Assembly: GCF_004010195.1 (NCBI RefSeq)
Contig: NC_057718.1
Span: 24,862,008 to 24,926,007 of the forward strand
Origin: Chiloscyllium plagiosum
Taxonomy: Eukaryota
Reading direction: 5' to 3'
DNA: 64,000 nucleotides
Positions 48,481-62,054 of the stretch are shown one piece after another. The notes beneath the pieces were generated by a model, which saw only the letters and a list, made by a program, of their open reading frames with translations, had not been told where the DNA came from and did not search any database. Positions within the stretch are counted from its first letter, which is position 1. Every line of letters begins with the position of its first letter. The position numbers and the translations under genes are program-made.

Positions 48481-50822
48481 TAATTCAGTTTGCAGTTCTA
48501 TTCAATTTTATTAACAAAATATTCCTTACTAAAACACCATGTAAGCATTTCCCAAATTTCCACAATATTTACTCCCTGACTAACTCTATCCACTTGAGGA
48601 AAAAATATTACCAACAATGATCCATGTGTTTGAGCTGGGTCATTGAAATCTCCTTCCACGTTGACATTGGGTGGATTCTCTTTCACGAAAGTGCGTCTTA
48701 TAGGTCAGGGCAGATCTTCTCCTGGGTCTTTTTGGGTTGCCGCATGGTCTTCTTCAACAAGTCTTGCTTTGAGTCATCATCAAATCTACACTGAGTCTTC
48801 AATGTGGCCTTTACTGAGGGATAGCTTCCAGGTATGTTTGTTTTTATTACCTCCCCCCCACCTCTCACCAACCTTGCACCAGACCTTCCAGAATGTTCTT
48901 GAGCCTTTAGCCAATGGGGTCATGTGCTGGTTTCTAATCATCCAATGGGGTCCTGCCAACACCCTTCACTGTTGCTATGCCAGGATGTGTAAAGTGCACA
49001 TACTCCAATGGTCAGGATGCCAGAATATCTGATTGACACTTCTCTAATATACAGCCCTTGGGCTGGTTATAACTGGTTTTCCTTGAAAAAACTTGTAACT
49101 TCTTTGATCTTGGTTTCCACTATTCTCTGTTGCTGACTGCTGTTTAATTTAGTTTGGCCAATTTTCTATCAGGCCTGATTTTTCTGGCTGTGAATCAATT
49201 TAGAATGTTGAATCTTGGGACTGTGGTAGCTTTGCCACAACCTGGAATGGTTGGGTTGCCTTATGGGGCAAGTTTGAACAGGCTAGGCTTGTATCTGCTG
49301 GTGTTTAGTTGAATGAAAAATAACCTAATTGAAAGTAATAAGATCCTGAGGGGTCTTGGCAAGGTGGAGCTGTTTTCTCTTCTGGAAGAATCTAGAACTA
49401 GTGGTCACTGTTTAAAAATAAGGAGTTGGCTATTTAATACAGATCAGCAGATTGCTTTTTCTCACAGAATTTCTCGAGTTTTGGAACTCTGCCTCAGAAG
49501 GTAATGGAAGCAGAATGGTTAAATATTTCTTAGGCAGAGTTAGATTTATTCTGGATCAACAAGGGACTGGGAGGTTATTGGGGCAGACAGGTGTTTGAAG
49601 AATTTGATCAGCCTTACTTTTTTTGAATGGTAGGGGAGGCAACATGCTGAGTGCTATGTGCCCTGGCCACCCAGGCTCATTCTAGCCAGGGCAGTATTGG
49701 CACTGAATTGCCATCCCACCCTTGGGACTATTGGATCCATTTGGATGTCTCATCCCACTTCTTCCCAAAAGCAGGGTAAGGCCCACATCTTCCCAAAAGC
49801 ACCTTTTACTATTCTGGCTAGCACCAGGCAATTGGATGGTGGGCAACATCTTTTGGGCACGCCGTGCCCATCAGAGGTACCTTTCCTCTTCCTTCTACCC
49901 CCAGTCCCCACCACTCCAAGTCATAGCCCTCCTTTCACATTTCTCACTGGCCTTTTAAACCTGGTCCCCCTACCTCCCTCATTCTCAGGCCCTTAGGTCT
50001 GCTAGCCAAGTTCTGCAAATATCTCATTACACCTTGAAGTCTGACACCAGAACATCTTATTATTCGTTGACTACACATAATTGCATCAATGGCAATGGCT
50101 TGAACCTGGCATTGCTGGGACCACAGAGTGTCTGGCGAATCAAATATGCGAGCAGTTGTCTGAGACAATATTCCCTTGCCAAATGGGGGGCATAATTATT
50201 AACTTGAGCCAATTAATATCCCTTTGAACATAAAATAGCTAAAATAGCTTTTTGGTTAATGGATCCCTGACCAAGTTTTTAATTGAAAGGGTTGGAAAGA
50301 GTGTCCCATAAACTTCGAATACTGAATCAACTCATTTGAACACATACATTTGGTCACAATCAAAAACAAATTGGGAAAGGCATATAAATTTATCATCCTA
50401 TGCAGAACAACATCCTTCTCCAATCCGTCTGTGATTGCCTCTTAATGCTCTTGAAACAAATAGATTTTAAAAATAAAGACTGTCTCAAAAGAGTTAACCC
50501 TACCCAAGAATAAGCATCTGAAAAATTGTCAGTCAACTCAGATATTCCCCTTGCCCCACGGAATCAACCCTTTCAACCCATTTCACTCTTCTGGTTCATT
50601 CAGCAGAACAATCATGTATCATGTTTTAAGCTGTTGAGAAAATAAATTGTTGTCTTCATATCTTCACATTTTTCCCTGATAAATTCTGTGAAATAGTGAA
50701 CACCTACAAGACTGGTTATAACAACAACTTGTATTTCTGTGAAACATTTAACATCTTTTTTTTTAAAAATGCCTCAAGTCACCTCACAGAAATATTTTTG
50801 TACTATGTTTGCAACTGAGTCG

Positions 50823-50892
50823 TATGAGGAGATTAAACAGCCCTGTAGGCCATAACATATGAGGAGATTAAACAGCCCTGTAGGCCATAACA
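50823..50892. repeat. Perfect tandem duplication, 2 x 35 bp
   Basis: tatgaggagattaaacagccctgtaggccataaca is repeated exactly. Confidence 0.95.
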
Positions 50893-51632
50893 TCCACAAT
50901 TCTTCCAAGATTGCAATCATTTATACATACGCCAGCTTACAGATAATTCTAATCACCCTCTTCAGATACACTAGTACACACTTTTGGAGCAGTGCCTGTC
51001 TCATTGCCCAGAGGTAGGGAAAGGACCACTGCATCACAAGAGCTCCCAATACTGGTTTATAGAGTAAATAAATCTCATATAGATAGAGGATATGTGACCC
51101 AAGACAGCCATATTCACCAAAAGTAAGAATTCAACATGATGCTATCCTAAATTCAGAAGTTGCAGTCCCAGTCTTTAGGCTATCAATTGTGGGATTCAAT
51201 CCGTGCACATTCTAACTCAAAAGTGGAAATATTATGACTACCCAACTCCATAATACATGTAGATCCAAAAGGAAATTAGTTTGTTATCCTCACACCATAA
51301 AACTATAAAATGTGATACCTTTAGTCTTCCACCACATGGTTGATGCTTTTCACAAGCTCTCACTCATTACAGTGTGGAATGGGATGTTGGAAGCTGAACA
51401 GTTGGCTTGGATCCATTGAAACGGACTTCCATCTGCTCCTTCTACTCTGTTTTTCTGTCCACATATGCGGCATGATGTTCTGAGTTCCAGCATTTTCTGC
51501 TTTTTCTTTTTTGTGTTTTGGTTTTATTTGTGCTAATGTAGTGTTAGCAAACAGTCAACAAGAAACCTTTTGTTACAGCAACAGCTTACTGATTTCCAAG
51601 ATCCCCTCAATCACTGAACAGCAAAAGAATAA

Positions 51633-52132
51633 NNNNNNNNNNNNNNNNNNNNNNNNNNNNNNNNNNNNNNNNNNNNNNNNNNNNNNNNNNNNNNNNNNNN
51701 NNNNNNNNNNNNNNNNNNNNNNNNNNNNNNNNNNNNNNNNNNNNNNNNNNNNNNNNNNNNNNNNNNNNNNNNNNNNNNNNNNNNNNNNNNNNNNNNNNNN
51801 NNNNNNNNNNNNNNNNNNNNNNNNNNNNNNNNNNNNNNNNNNNNNNNNNNNNNNNNNNNNNNNNNNNNNNNNNNNNNNNNNNNNNNNNNNNNNNNNNNNN
51901 NNNNNNNNNNNNNNNNNNNNNNNNNNNNNNNNNNNNNNNNNNNNNNNNNNNNNNNNNNNNNNNNNNNNNNNNNNNNNNNNNNNNNNNNNNNNNNNNNNNN
52001 NNNNNNNNNNNNNNNNNNNNNNNNNNNNNNNNNNNNNNNNNNNNNNNNNNNNNNNNNNNNNNNNNNNNNNNNNNNNNNNNNNNNNNNNNNNNNNNNNNNN
52101 NNNNNNNNNNNNNNNNNNNNNNNNNNNNNNNN
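51633..52132. other. Assembly gap (500 N)
   Basis: A run of exactly 500 N, typical of a fixed-size scaffolding gap. Confidence 0.99.
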
Positions 52133-54294
52133 AGAGAAATTTGTGGTTCTGGAGATACAGTTTATGCTCAGGAATGATGTGGCTGGATCACAGGTGAGAC
52201 TGATACCTGCTGTGCTTAAAAGGACAGTGGAAAATCAGACAACTGAGATGTTACAGCAAGTATATCCTGGGATTGTTCTGAGTTGTTAATTAAATGTCAT
52301 GTCTTACAGCAACTGCTAGAGATAAAATAAACGTGTTTTCTTCAGGCTTATGTTAGTTTTTACTGCAAAGATCAAAGAGATCCCCTGAGCTGGCGCAAAT
52401 ATGAAAGCTTCTGTGTATTTTGTGCACAGCCCCAGGTCTTCAGCTATCTGAGAATCAATCATAGTTATTGGCAGGTAGAAAGGCCTGTGTCATCAATAAC
52501 TAGCCAGTAATCCACAGACAACCAGCTACGTGTTGCCATTTGAATCTCTATTTGTACTCAAATCTACAGCTCCAGCTCGTCTGCAAACTACACTTCAAGT
52601 ACAGCTGGAACCAGCAGCTGTGTAAACAATGTTGGGTTGCTTGCTTTCAAGATGTTTACCAATCCTTGATTTCAAAACAGTTCTCTACTCGTTTCAGACC
52701 ACAATTAAAAGTACAAAACAAAGACATGGGTCTTTACAATAGATAGTAGATATTGTTTTGCAGAAACTTCTAACATTCCTAAATCACACCTTGGGGATGT
52801 CACTTCTCAAAACAACACCTCCTGTTACATTTTAGTGCAATTACAATGTTGTAAACCAACCAGAAACAATGGAGTGCCATGATTCCAGCCCAATAAGCAA
52901 TCATATCTGAAACAACTGGCTACAATCCATGATTACGTTCATTGTAGTCATACAACACTGAAATAACAAAGGACCTTTCATTAAATTACGATTTGAACTG
53001 ATCATTTTCCATTTACTGCATTCTGCCTTCAACCTTTAGGGCTGGAAAAATAAGCACTGACGTCTTTCTCTCAGAAGGTAACTGAATAAATCAGAGCCCA
53101 TAATAAAAATGTGTAATTCATGATCAGACGCAGCATGAAACATAAAAGAGCAGCTTAAAATCAATCTGAGTCCAGGTTATAAAGTGAAACAGGAAGAAGT
53201 CATTCAGCCCATTTAACTTACTTCTAGCACTGACCACTCATTACATATTGTATCATGAGTTCTAATTTATCCATTCAGTAACCCAAGAGAAATACAGTAG
53301 GACACATTCGCCCAGTACTTGATTGGTGATATTTTTCCCGTTGTTTTCAGTTAAACAAAGCTGATGACCTGTAATCCCTTGGACTTCAAACTACCTGGTT
53401 CTCCAGTTTCTCCAGCTGCTTTGCGCACTGCACACCCAAGTCCCATCTCTGAGTTATAAAGGTCTGAATAAGTCCTCTGTAAGTTACGTCAAGGTGAATT
53501 AGCATTCATCCCTAAGAGTCATGATACCTGGTTAACTACATAAACATGAGATAACTTACTGTGAAATATAACATACTATGATCTAATCATTGGATTGAAG
53601 TTTGATCTGAAAATATCTTCTAAATACAATTCAATTTTGCATTTCTAAACTCCCATCCCATGCCAACAGGCTAATTAGCACTCACCCTGCCCTTGAGTTC
53701 ACTGTAACCAGTCGTGAAAAGAAATCAGTGGGCCATTAAATCCATTGTTTCATTTCTTCATCCACATGTTCACCAAATTAATTTGTAACAAAAGGATAAA
53801 AGAGAAATAAATTATGAAAATCAGTGGGATCAGATTTATAAACAATTCAAAGCATAGAGCGTAACTATACAAGTACATTATGTAAGATAGCATGTTGGAT
53901 CAATCCTACAGTATGAATCATGTCCCATGGGTCTTTATTATGAATCCTCATTATAAACTGCCCTCAGATTATTTTTATTGTTTGAACTGCATTGCAGGTA
54001 AAACAATATTACTTACTCTAGGCATTGGTCATTTACTAAGGTGCCTAAGAATACATTGCACCCATAAATCAGACATTCCCTTGTACACTGCAGTGTTCCC
54101 ATTGACGAAAAGTTGTGTGAATGCATATTCTGCATACTGCAGCCGCAGTACACCAGTCATGGATAACTGAACATTGAGTTCAATGGCAAGAATTCCAAAC
54201 ATTACCTGCTTCATCCTGAATGGCATCAAGCTTTTTGAGTTGTGAGACTCTCATCCGGATGTGTGATGAGTACTCCGTCACATTCTTTACATTT

Positions 54295-54665
54295 TTTTAA
54301 CTCAATCATGGGATGTGGGCAAGGCCAGCATTAATTGCCTATACCAAATTGCCATGACCGGGTGGCTTGCTTGGCCAATTCAGCAGGTAGATAAGAGTCA
54401 AGCAAATTGCTACGGTCAGGAATCACATATTAGCCAGACCAGATAAAGCAGTAGATCTCAGTAAACCAGATGGGTTTTTAATGGCAAGCAATGGTAGATT
54501 CATGGTCACCATTACTGAGAGTTGCTTTCAAGTCCAGAATTTTACTGAATTGAATCTCTGCTTATTTAAATCCCACCAGCTGCCATAGTGCAACTTGGGC
54601 TGGTGTCCCAGAGCATGAATCTGGACCATTAGATTAACTAGTCCACTGGCATGATCACCTACCCT
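54295..54665 (-). mobile_element. Bipartite SINE-like element, older copy
   Basis: catgggatgtgggcaaggccagcattaattgcc..aaccagatgggtttt..catggtcaccatta..cccaccagctgccat. Confidence 0.75.
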
Positions 54666-55089
54666 CTCCTCTTCAGCCTCATAGGTGGCGGGAAATTTTT
54701 TGTGTAATTTGGTGAGTGAGCAGTTAGTTAAGTGTCCATCTATGTTCTTGTCACAAAGTTCTTGACTACCTATCAGTTAGCAGCTGGTCCATTGGATACC
54801 AATCTTGATGATGGGATCTGAATAATGATGATGTTGCTGAAGACAAGGAATCCATTGGAGGCAATCATTATCTGTTATTTTAGGGCTAAATGTCCAAATT
54901 CAAATGTTGATCAAAGTTCCTCTGTGGCCTGACAATGGCTGGTTAATTTGAAAGAGTTGTGAATGAAACTGAAGAGTGTTGAATTATGAATGGCTTTGAC
55001 GCTTTTTGTTTCATAAATGTTTTAGCTCTGTGGCATGTCTTAGCACTATCCCACAATGATACTGGAGATCTCGTGCATAATGCCAAGTG

Positions 55090-55650
55090 CTGTCACTCTC
55101 ACCTCACCTCTGGAATTCAGCTATTTTGTCCTTGGTTGAACCAAGGCTGTAAAGAGGTCAGGAGCTGAGTGGTCCTGATGGAACCTAAAGTGAGCATCAC
55201 TGAGCAGGTTATTGCTGAGCAGGTGCTGCTTGATAGCACTGTTGATGACACCTTCCATCACTTTACTGATGATCGAGAGTAGACTGATGAGGCAATAATT
55301 GGCCAGGTTGGATTTGTCCTGCTTTTTCTGTACAAGACACACCTAAGCAGTTTTTTTACATTGTCAGATAAATGCCAGTATTGTAACTGTACTGGAAGAG
55401 CTTGGCTCAGACAACAGCAATTTCTAGAGCACAAGTCTTCAGTACTATTGCTGAAATCTTGTTACGGCCCAAATCCTTTGCAATATTCTGTGGCTTCAAC
55501 AGTTTCTTGGTATCACATGGAGCAAATCGAATTGGCTGAAAACTGATATCTATGATGCTAGGGACCAGTGGGAGGAGGCCATGATGGATCACTCGGTAAA
55601 TTCTGGCGGAAGATTGTTGCAAATACATCAGCCTTTTCTTTTACACTGAG
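55090..55650 (-). mobile_element. LINE RT N-terminal fragment (family of 17740)
   Basis: KKQDKSNLANYCLISLLSIISKVMEGVINSAIKQHLLSNNLLSDAHFRF. Confidence 0.9.
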
Positions 55651-57054
55651 ATGTTATGCTTTGCACATTGTTTTAGTCTGTCCTGTAAAGAAATATGTTT
55701 GACAAAAAAGTGTGATTGTGGAGGTCCTTTGCCAAACATATTTGGGTTAGATAAGCACCCAGCAGAGGAATTTTCTTTTCCAAGTGATGGCTGTACAAAT
55801 CCAATCTTCGTGGAAAGACTACTTGTATATATGGTGGACTAACCTTTGAAGGTAACTGCATCGTCAGGTATTATTGAAAAGCTGGGAGAGTACAGTCCTG
55901 ATTGAGAGTCTGTCAGTGCCTATATGGAGCAGCTTGAGATGTTCCTCATTGCTAATAACATCCAAACAGGCAGTGGAGAAAAGGGGTGGATATGTCTGAC
56001 CAAAGCAGGCCATGAATTAGTCAATTACATTTGCTCACTCCCGTTGGATCAAAAGACATTTCACTGTCAGATGTTTTGTATAAAGCTGACCAGCAGCAAA
56101 ATGCATTGGTGATTACAAGAAGCTCTCAGTTTGGAACCAGTGATCAGTTACTCAGTGAGGATATTGGAAAGCTTACCACACTTTTGAAAAAGCTGTCCAT
56201 CCATTGAAATTTTGAAGAACACAAAGAGAGAAACAGTGTGTAATTTGTATGTAATCTACAAAGTGAGGATACTCACAGTAAGTTCCCAAATTGCCAAAGT
56301 TAACCTTTGACCTAGCTTGCTAAACAGCACTGTACATGGATGTAGTAGAACGTGACTTGAGAGAAGTCAGAGTTACAAACCACAGTGACTCGTTCGAATG
56401 AATAACTGCAGCTCATTAAGCTGCAGGCCCCAACAAAGGCAGTTGCAAAGTCCCATTATTCATTAAGGCCAACATTGGGAACAGAATTGGCTATTTGTGA
56501 ATGCACAGTGCTATAGCTGCAAGAAGGAAGAATCATCTCTCCAAGGCATGTCAGAAGCAGATACACGGGGAAAATACTGGTAAAACGATATGGCAGTCAT
56601 AGCAAATGGTTGTTGAACAGCAGCTAGTTGGTGAAGGGTTGTTGTAAATCCTTATAATTAATAGCACAAGGAAGTCCAATAAATATTCACAGGTCAACTT
56701 TGTCCAAGTAATATTGATTGGAGATCCTATGAACATGGAGGTTGACACATGGATGCTAGTCAGCATGATTCCTGGATCCTTATATCATCAAAGATTGAGT
56801 CAACATCAGTTGGAGATAAAATGCAGAAAGTTAAGAAGTTACAGAGGAGTGTAATGGTTCTAGTCACCAGCAGGAGCAATGCACAAAATTACCCATAATT
56901 GAAGTGAAGGGTGACAAATTGGCATTGCTAAGAAGGAAATGGCTATACACACTGAGGCTGCACTGGAACAAGGTCTTTCTCACAGAAAACAAACTCACAA
57001 TGCAAGATGACATTATCCTCGGGTGTTTAGTAAAACTGGCCATCCGATTCAATT

Positions 57055-57445
57055 ATGTATGGCTTACATAAAGGCTCAGAGAGACTGAGGCAGGTGGTGT
57101 GTCCAGAGTGGGGACTCTGGCAGTGGCTTCAAGGAGACATCTGGAGGAAGAGCAAGCACGGGACTCAGGATTGGCTGCTACATTGGCAGAGGCAATCTGG
57201 GCGAGGTAGGCCCAGCGGCGAAAGACAATGCCTGAGGAACAGAAATTTCGACATTGGCACTGGCAGCAGCGAAGCAGTGGTGAATGGGTTATGGTCTCTC
57301 CTTAAGCCATTTTTAAATTATTATTCTTAAAGTATCCAAAATTGTGCCAGAATTATGGCGAAAGTGGAAGTTTTTCACTGAATTTGCTATATTTTTCACT
57401 GTAAAATACACATGGCAATTAAAAGAAACATTCATTCATTCAAAT
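57055..57445 (+). mobile_element. Non-LTR retro-insertion within the Gypsy pol region
   Basis: GC-rich segment interrupting pol and ending in ttttcactg..attaaa and an (ATTC)n tail; family not identified. Confidence 0.55.
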
Positions 57446-59315
57446 CAATTTACTGCCAACCCCATTCAGTGTCCTATGCTTTGAGGGAGAAAATAGCACA
57501 TGAGCTCAACAGACTGGTGACACAACACATTATTCCAAAGGTTAAACATTGTAATTGGGCTACTTCCATAATGGTAGTACCAAATGCAAATTATGTAGGG
57601 ATTATAAATTATCAGTAGATCAGGTACAAGATTTAATAGCTCCAAAATTTGATAATCATTGAAGATCTGTTTGCTATATCCAGAAGTCCGATATTTTCAA
57701 AAATTTGCTTTCACAAGTGCCTGTTTGTAACTTCAATTACACCATGAGACAAAGTCTAAATTGACTACTAATACTTACATGAACTACTTTAATTTCATAG
57801 GCTGCTATCTGGTGTTTCTTCATCCCTGGAATTTTTCAAGGGCGAATGAACTAAATTTTGCAAGAAATTTAGGGAGCACTGCCTTACTTACATGCCATAA
57901 CTATTTCAACTCCAACAGGCACATCCATGATGACAGGTTGAAGACGTTGCACTGGAATTTGGAAAAGCAATGGAGATCAGAGAGAAAGTAATCAAAAGTG
58001 CAATGTTCCAAAATCTGAGTATTTGGATCACAGGGTAGAGAAGGATGGATTACATTCAGAGTGAGGCTGAACCTATAAGAAAGATGCCACACCCTCAGAA
58101 TATTTCTGAGCTCAGATCTCTTTTGAGCCAATTAAATGATTGCGGAATTCAAATTTCCAAGTTTGCCAGCTTTTTTGAGTTTATTAAACAATTTCTGAAG
58201 GGTGTTCCGTTGGTTGGGACCAAGGAATATGACTAATCTCCACGTTGTGTAAAATCGAAATGAAGGATGGTCAAATGCCTTTGTAATATAGATCCAAACA
58301 AATTAAGGTAGCATGTGATATGTCTGCATACAGAATAGGTGCTGTGATCTCTCGCCTGTTGGGTACTGATGTAAAGAGACCGATTGCATTTGTCTCAGTG
58401 TCTCAAGAGTGAAATTGTACTCAGAAAGAGCACATGGCACTGTCTTTGATTTTTGGAGCAAGGGGATTTTATATTTACTTGTATGGTTGTGGTTTTCACA
58501 ATTGAAACTGATCATAAGGCATTGATGGTTATTTTTGAATCTAAAAGCTCCACTACCCACATTATCTGAAGCTGGAATGCATAGATGAGCTTTGATTTTG
58601 TCTGCTTATAAGTTTGACATTAAATACAAACAAGTGGAAGCTCACTGTGATGTTGATGCAATGTCTAGATCACCATCCCATCAACATAAAACTCAAAACG
58701 AGGAGGATTTATTTTTCTTTTCACATGTAAATGAGTTGCCAGACAGAGCAGATGATATTGGTGGAACTGATAGTGACACAATATGGTCAAGGATGTACAA
58801 CTATTTTGTTAACTGTAGCCAGCACCATTATCCAGCCGGTTTCTAATTCTTAAGAACGAGTTGTCAGTTGACAAAGTTTAATTTACATGGAGGAGCCTCA
58901 GTGGTAATTCTGAAAATCTACAAATCATGGGTTGCTGTGTGATTGTCATGACAGATGAGTTAGACAAAGGGTCTGGCGAGAAGTTATCTATCTTTGTTAT
59001 TTAACTTTGGTGGCCAATGTTACATAAGGACATAGAAGGTACAAGAAAACAGTGTAAAATATGTCAAATTGTAGAAAAAGAAGGCAGCATCTTTAGAATC
59101 ACGGCAAGGTGAGGCTGAGGATACATACTCATTTTGCAGAAATTGAGGGAAATTGGTATTTATTTTGATAGATAGCTATTCAAAGTGGTTTGAGGTATTT
59201 CCAATGAATCTAACAAAAACTAGCAAAACTTGAATGACTTTGCACAGTTTTTTTGTTAGTTATGGGTTACCAGAGAAAATTGTATCTATCATTGGACACC
59301 AGCTTTATTCAGAAG

Positions 59316-59914
59316 TGAAAAATCACACAACACCAGGTTATAGTCCAACAGGTTTATTTGGAAGCACTAGCTTTTGGACCACCGTTCCTTCATCAGGTGG
59401 TTGTGGAGAATAAGATTGTAAGACACAGAATTTATAGCAAAAGTTTACAGTGTGATGTAACTGAAACTATACATTGAAAAATACCTTGATTATTTGTTAA
59501 GTCTCTCATCTTTTAGACTGAACATGTTGGTTTCACTTCTTTTGTATGTAAATCACAAAACTTTTTTTTTAGAAGTTACATTCTCAAGTGAACTTTAACA
59601 AAACCTTTAGCGAGTGAACTCTTAAAAAATGTTTTGTGATTTACATATGAAAGAACTGAAACCAACATGGTCATTCTAAAAGAGAGAGACTTAACTAACA
59701 ATCCAGGTCTTTTTCAATATATAATTTCAGTTACATCACACTGTAAACTTTTGCTATAAATTCTGTCTCATAATCTTATTCTCCACAACCACCTGATGAA
59801 GGTGCAGCGCTCCAAAAGCTAGAATCACGGCAAATAAAGTTCTTGAATTATAACCTGGTGTTGCATGATTTTTAACTTTGTAAACCACAGTCCAACATCG
59901 GCATCTCCAAATCA
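59316..59914. mobile_element. Penelope-like inverted-repeat insertion (~280-bp arms) inside the Gypsy integrase
   Basis: Perfect 12-bp TSD tttattcagaag at 59304-59315 and 59915-59926. Same family as 42594. Both hammerhead cores have lost the GAAA box (ccaaaag). Confidence 0.9.
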
Positions 59915-62054
59915 TTTATTCAGAAGAGTTTTCAAATTTCACAAGAATAAACAGGGCAAAAACTCACTAGTGTTCCAGCATATCACCCTGCTTCAAATAA
60001 AAAAGCAGATTGTCAAGTGAGCTCTTGTTAAACAAAGGTTGGCTACAAACTGGAATAAAATGTCAGATGTCATTGAATCACAAACTGGCAACTTTGTTTA
60101 TCATAACACACCTCATGTCACTGTTAGTAGAATGACAGCAATTGTTTCTTTGAAGACAGCCTGGAATGAGATTTTCATCACCGAAGACATATTTGGCACA
60201 GTAAGTAAAGGAAAATCATCCAGACAGAAGGAAAATCATGACAGAGCACAGTGAGAGGTCGGAAGTTGAACCCAGCATATTAAGGTGAAAGATAAGCATC
60301 ATCGGTGGTCAAAATGGTTCCCAGGGAGAGTTGTAAACATGTACAGTACTCATATGTATTAAATCAAGATACTTGGTGATGGATTGGTTATGTGCATACA
60401 TGTGGATCATGTAAAACACTCAGCAGTTCATGAAGAAAAATTGACTTAAAAAGAAGGGATTTGGAAATAATCAAATAAGTCTAATGATTTGGATAGTTGA
60501 AATAAGCAGAATACCAACAGTTACTGTGGCACAAGTTATGCCTGAAACTAATTCAGATCTGAGTCAATCAGACAGACATATCTGACGAAGGGAAAAATTA
60601 AATTGACGGTCAAGGGCAAAAACAAGCCTTGTTCGAGAAAATCTTTTCTCCGTTCCAGGCCAAGATGGGTTAAAATGCTTCCCCAACTTCTGAAAGTTTG
60701 AGTCAAGAAAGGAGATATATTCATAGGAATAGGAAACCAGTGATTAAGTTTGATTTATAAACATATGGAAAAAAAGATAAATAAATTGTATGGACTTTTG
60801 GATAATGTGTAACACATTCATCAAGGAAAGAGAAGTATAATGGCACTCTCTTTGTGTACCAGGTTGAGCCAGTTTAATTTGGTGTTGACCCACCAAGTCC
60901 TGTTTATTGTTTTAGACACAATTTTTCTACTCAAGCATGGCTACATTCAGGTCATAAAAAATAATCAGGTTATGGAAATGCTCATGATATTTTGTTGCTT
61001 GGCTTTTTGCTCAGTAATGCACTTGTTAAGTACCTGCACAAGTGAAAGTGGTCAAAAAATCCAATCACCTCAGAATTTGAAATACTTCTCATAATACATG
61101 GCTCTCTGTGACATATATCCTGGGTAAGAATTAGTCGCAACTAGTTGGACTTCAGAAAGTATTTTTTTTGCAAGAAAGAAAATCTAACAGGTTTCTCTGT
61201 CGTGCCATTTGAATTATGATTTAATTTCTCCACCAATGTTTTTGTTTCCAGAGGCAAGAGACTCCTAATTATCACCTTTATAAGCTGGCAATGTTGCAGA
61301 ATAAATTTTAAAGCAGGTGAACATTAGATTTCCTGGCCCTTTTCTCTAGCTCTGTCTTCCCTCTCACACTCATACTTTAGAATCTGTGAAGGTAAATTTG
61401 GTCTACAGCGTTACAGGCTTTTTAACAAATTTCAGCTGAGTTTTCATCTCACCCAACCTTCTTTGCATTGAAACATGTTCAAACCTATGGAGAATTATTT
61501 CTAATCCTGCAGTCACTTTTCCTTGGTTTGAAATTTAACATTTGAAATTTACAAGCTAATAGAAAATAAAACCTGCTGCAATGATAAACTGATTCACAAG
61601 TCCATTTGACGTGCCCGAAATATTTCACTTCTCAGGTAACTCTTCTTTGAAACTATTCAGTCAGGCTTTTTTTTTGTAAATTCACATTTTCTTGCCCTTA
61701 ATCAAAGTGTCTAACTAATTCTTTGTTGCTATAACAATGCTGACATGCCAACAGTAGTTGAAACATAGGATCTATTTCTGTCTGCAGATTTAACTGACTG
61801 GAAAATATGGCATGAAAGGATTGCAAAATAATAACGCGCATCCTTCAACATACTCCAATCCAATTCCTGCAAGAGCAGGTGTACAAACAATAATGCATAA
61901 TCAAAAAGACCATCTAAACTAAACCATTGTAAAGAATGCATGTTAGAGATTTCATAATGTATAATTCAACTCGATATCTAAATCTATCAAGATAATCACC
62001 AGTTCTCTCTTGTGAGATGACTGGTGCACAGGGCAACCGGAAGAAACTATTTAG

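Larger units (their letters stand above)
45115..49630 (+). mobile_element. Old, long CR1 ORF2 in pieces (endonuclease through RT and 3' UTR), fragmented by later insertions
   Basis: MNAHSFQNKTDEL..AITETWL (APE) at 45128, LDFQKAFAEVPHK at ~46495, SGVSQGSLL at ~46650, HLKCYAQYWSPYL at ~47985, and the 3' end at 49250-49630. Confidence 0.75.
55860..60835 (+). mobile_element. Ty3/Gypsy LTR retrotransposon internal region, heavily decayed (gag-PR-RT-RH-IN)
   Basis: Gag IEKLGEY..SAYMEQLEMFLIANNI and a decayed zinc knuckle; protease MEVDTW; RT VSYALREKIAHELNRL..NWATSIMVVP; RNase H ACDMSAYRIGAVIS, TDHKAL and ILSAYKFDIKYK; integrase WWP..CKICQ, IDSYSKW, YGLPEKIVS and PAYHPASN. Purine tract at 60823-60835. 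The domain order is Gypsy-type. Confidence 0.9.

Noticed and set aside
50823..50892. 35-bp direct repeat of CRISPR-like length
   Set aside because: Only two adjacent copies with no spacer and no cas genes, in a eukaryotic context.
51511..52197. 228-aa ORF
   Set aside because: An artefact of translating through the 500-N gap.
53395..53463. 69-nt minus-strand exon candidate (TFITQRWDLGVQCAKQLEKLENQ)
   Set aside because: Poor polypyrimidine tract, a moderate donor and two open frames; it cannot be distinguished from chance.
61729..61866. Possible acceptor plus ORF ELDWSMLKDARYYF...
   Set aside because: No donor, homology or other support; it may be UTR or intron.
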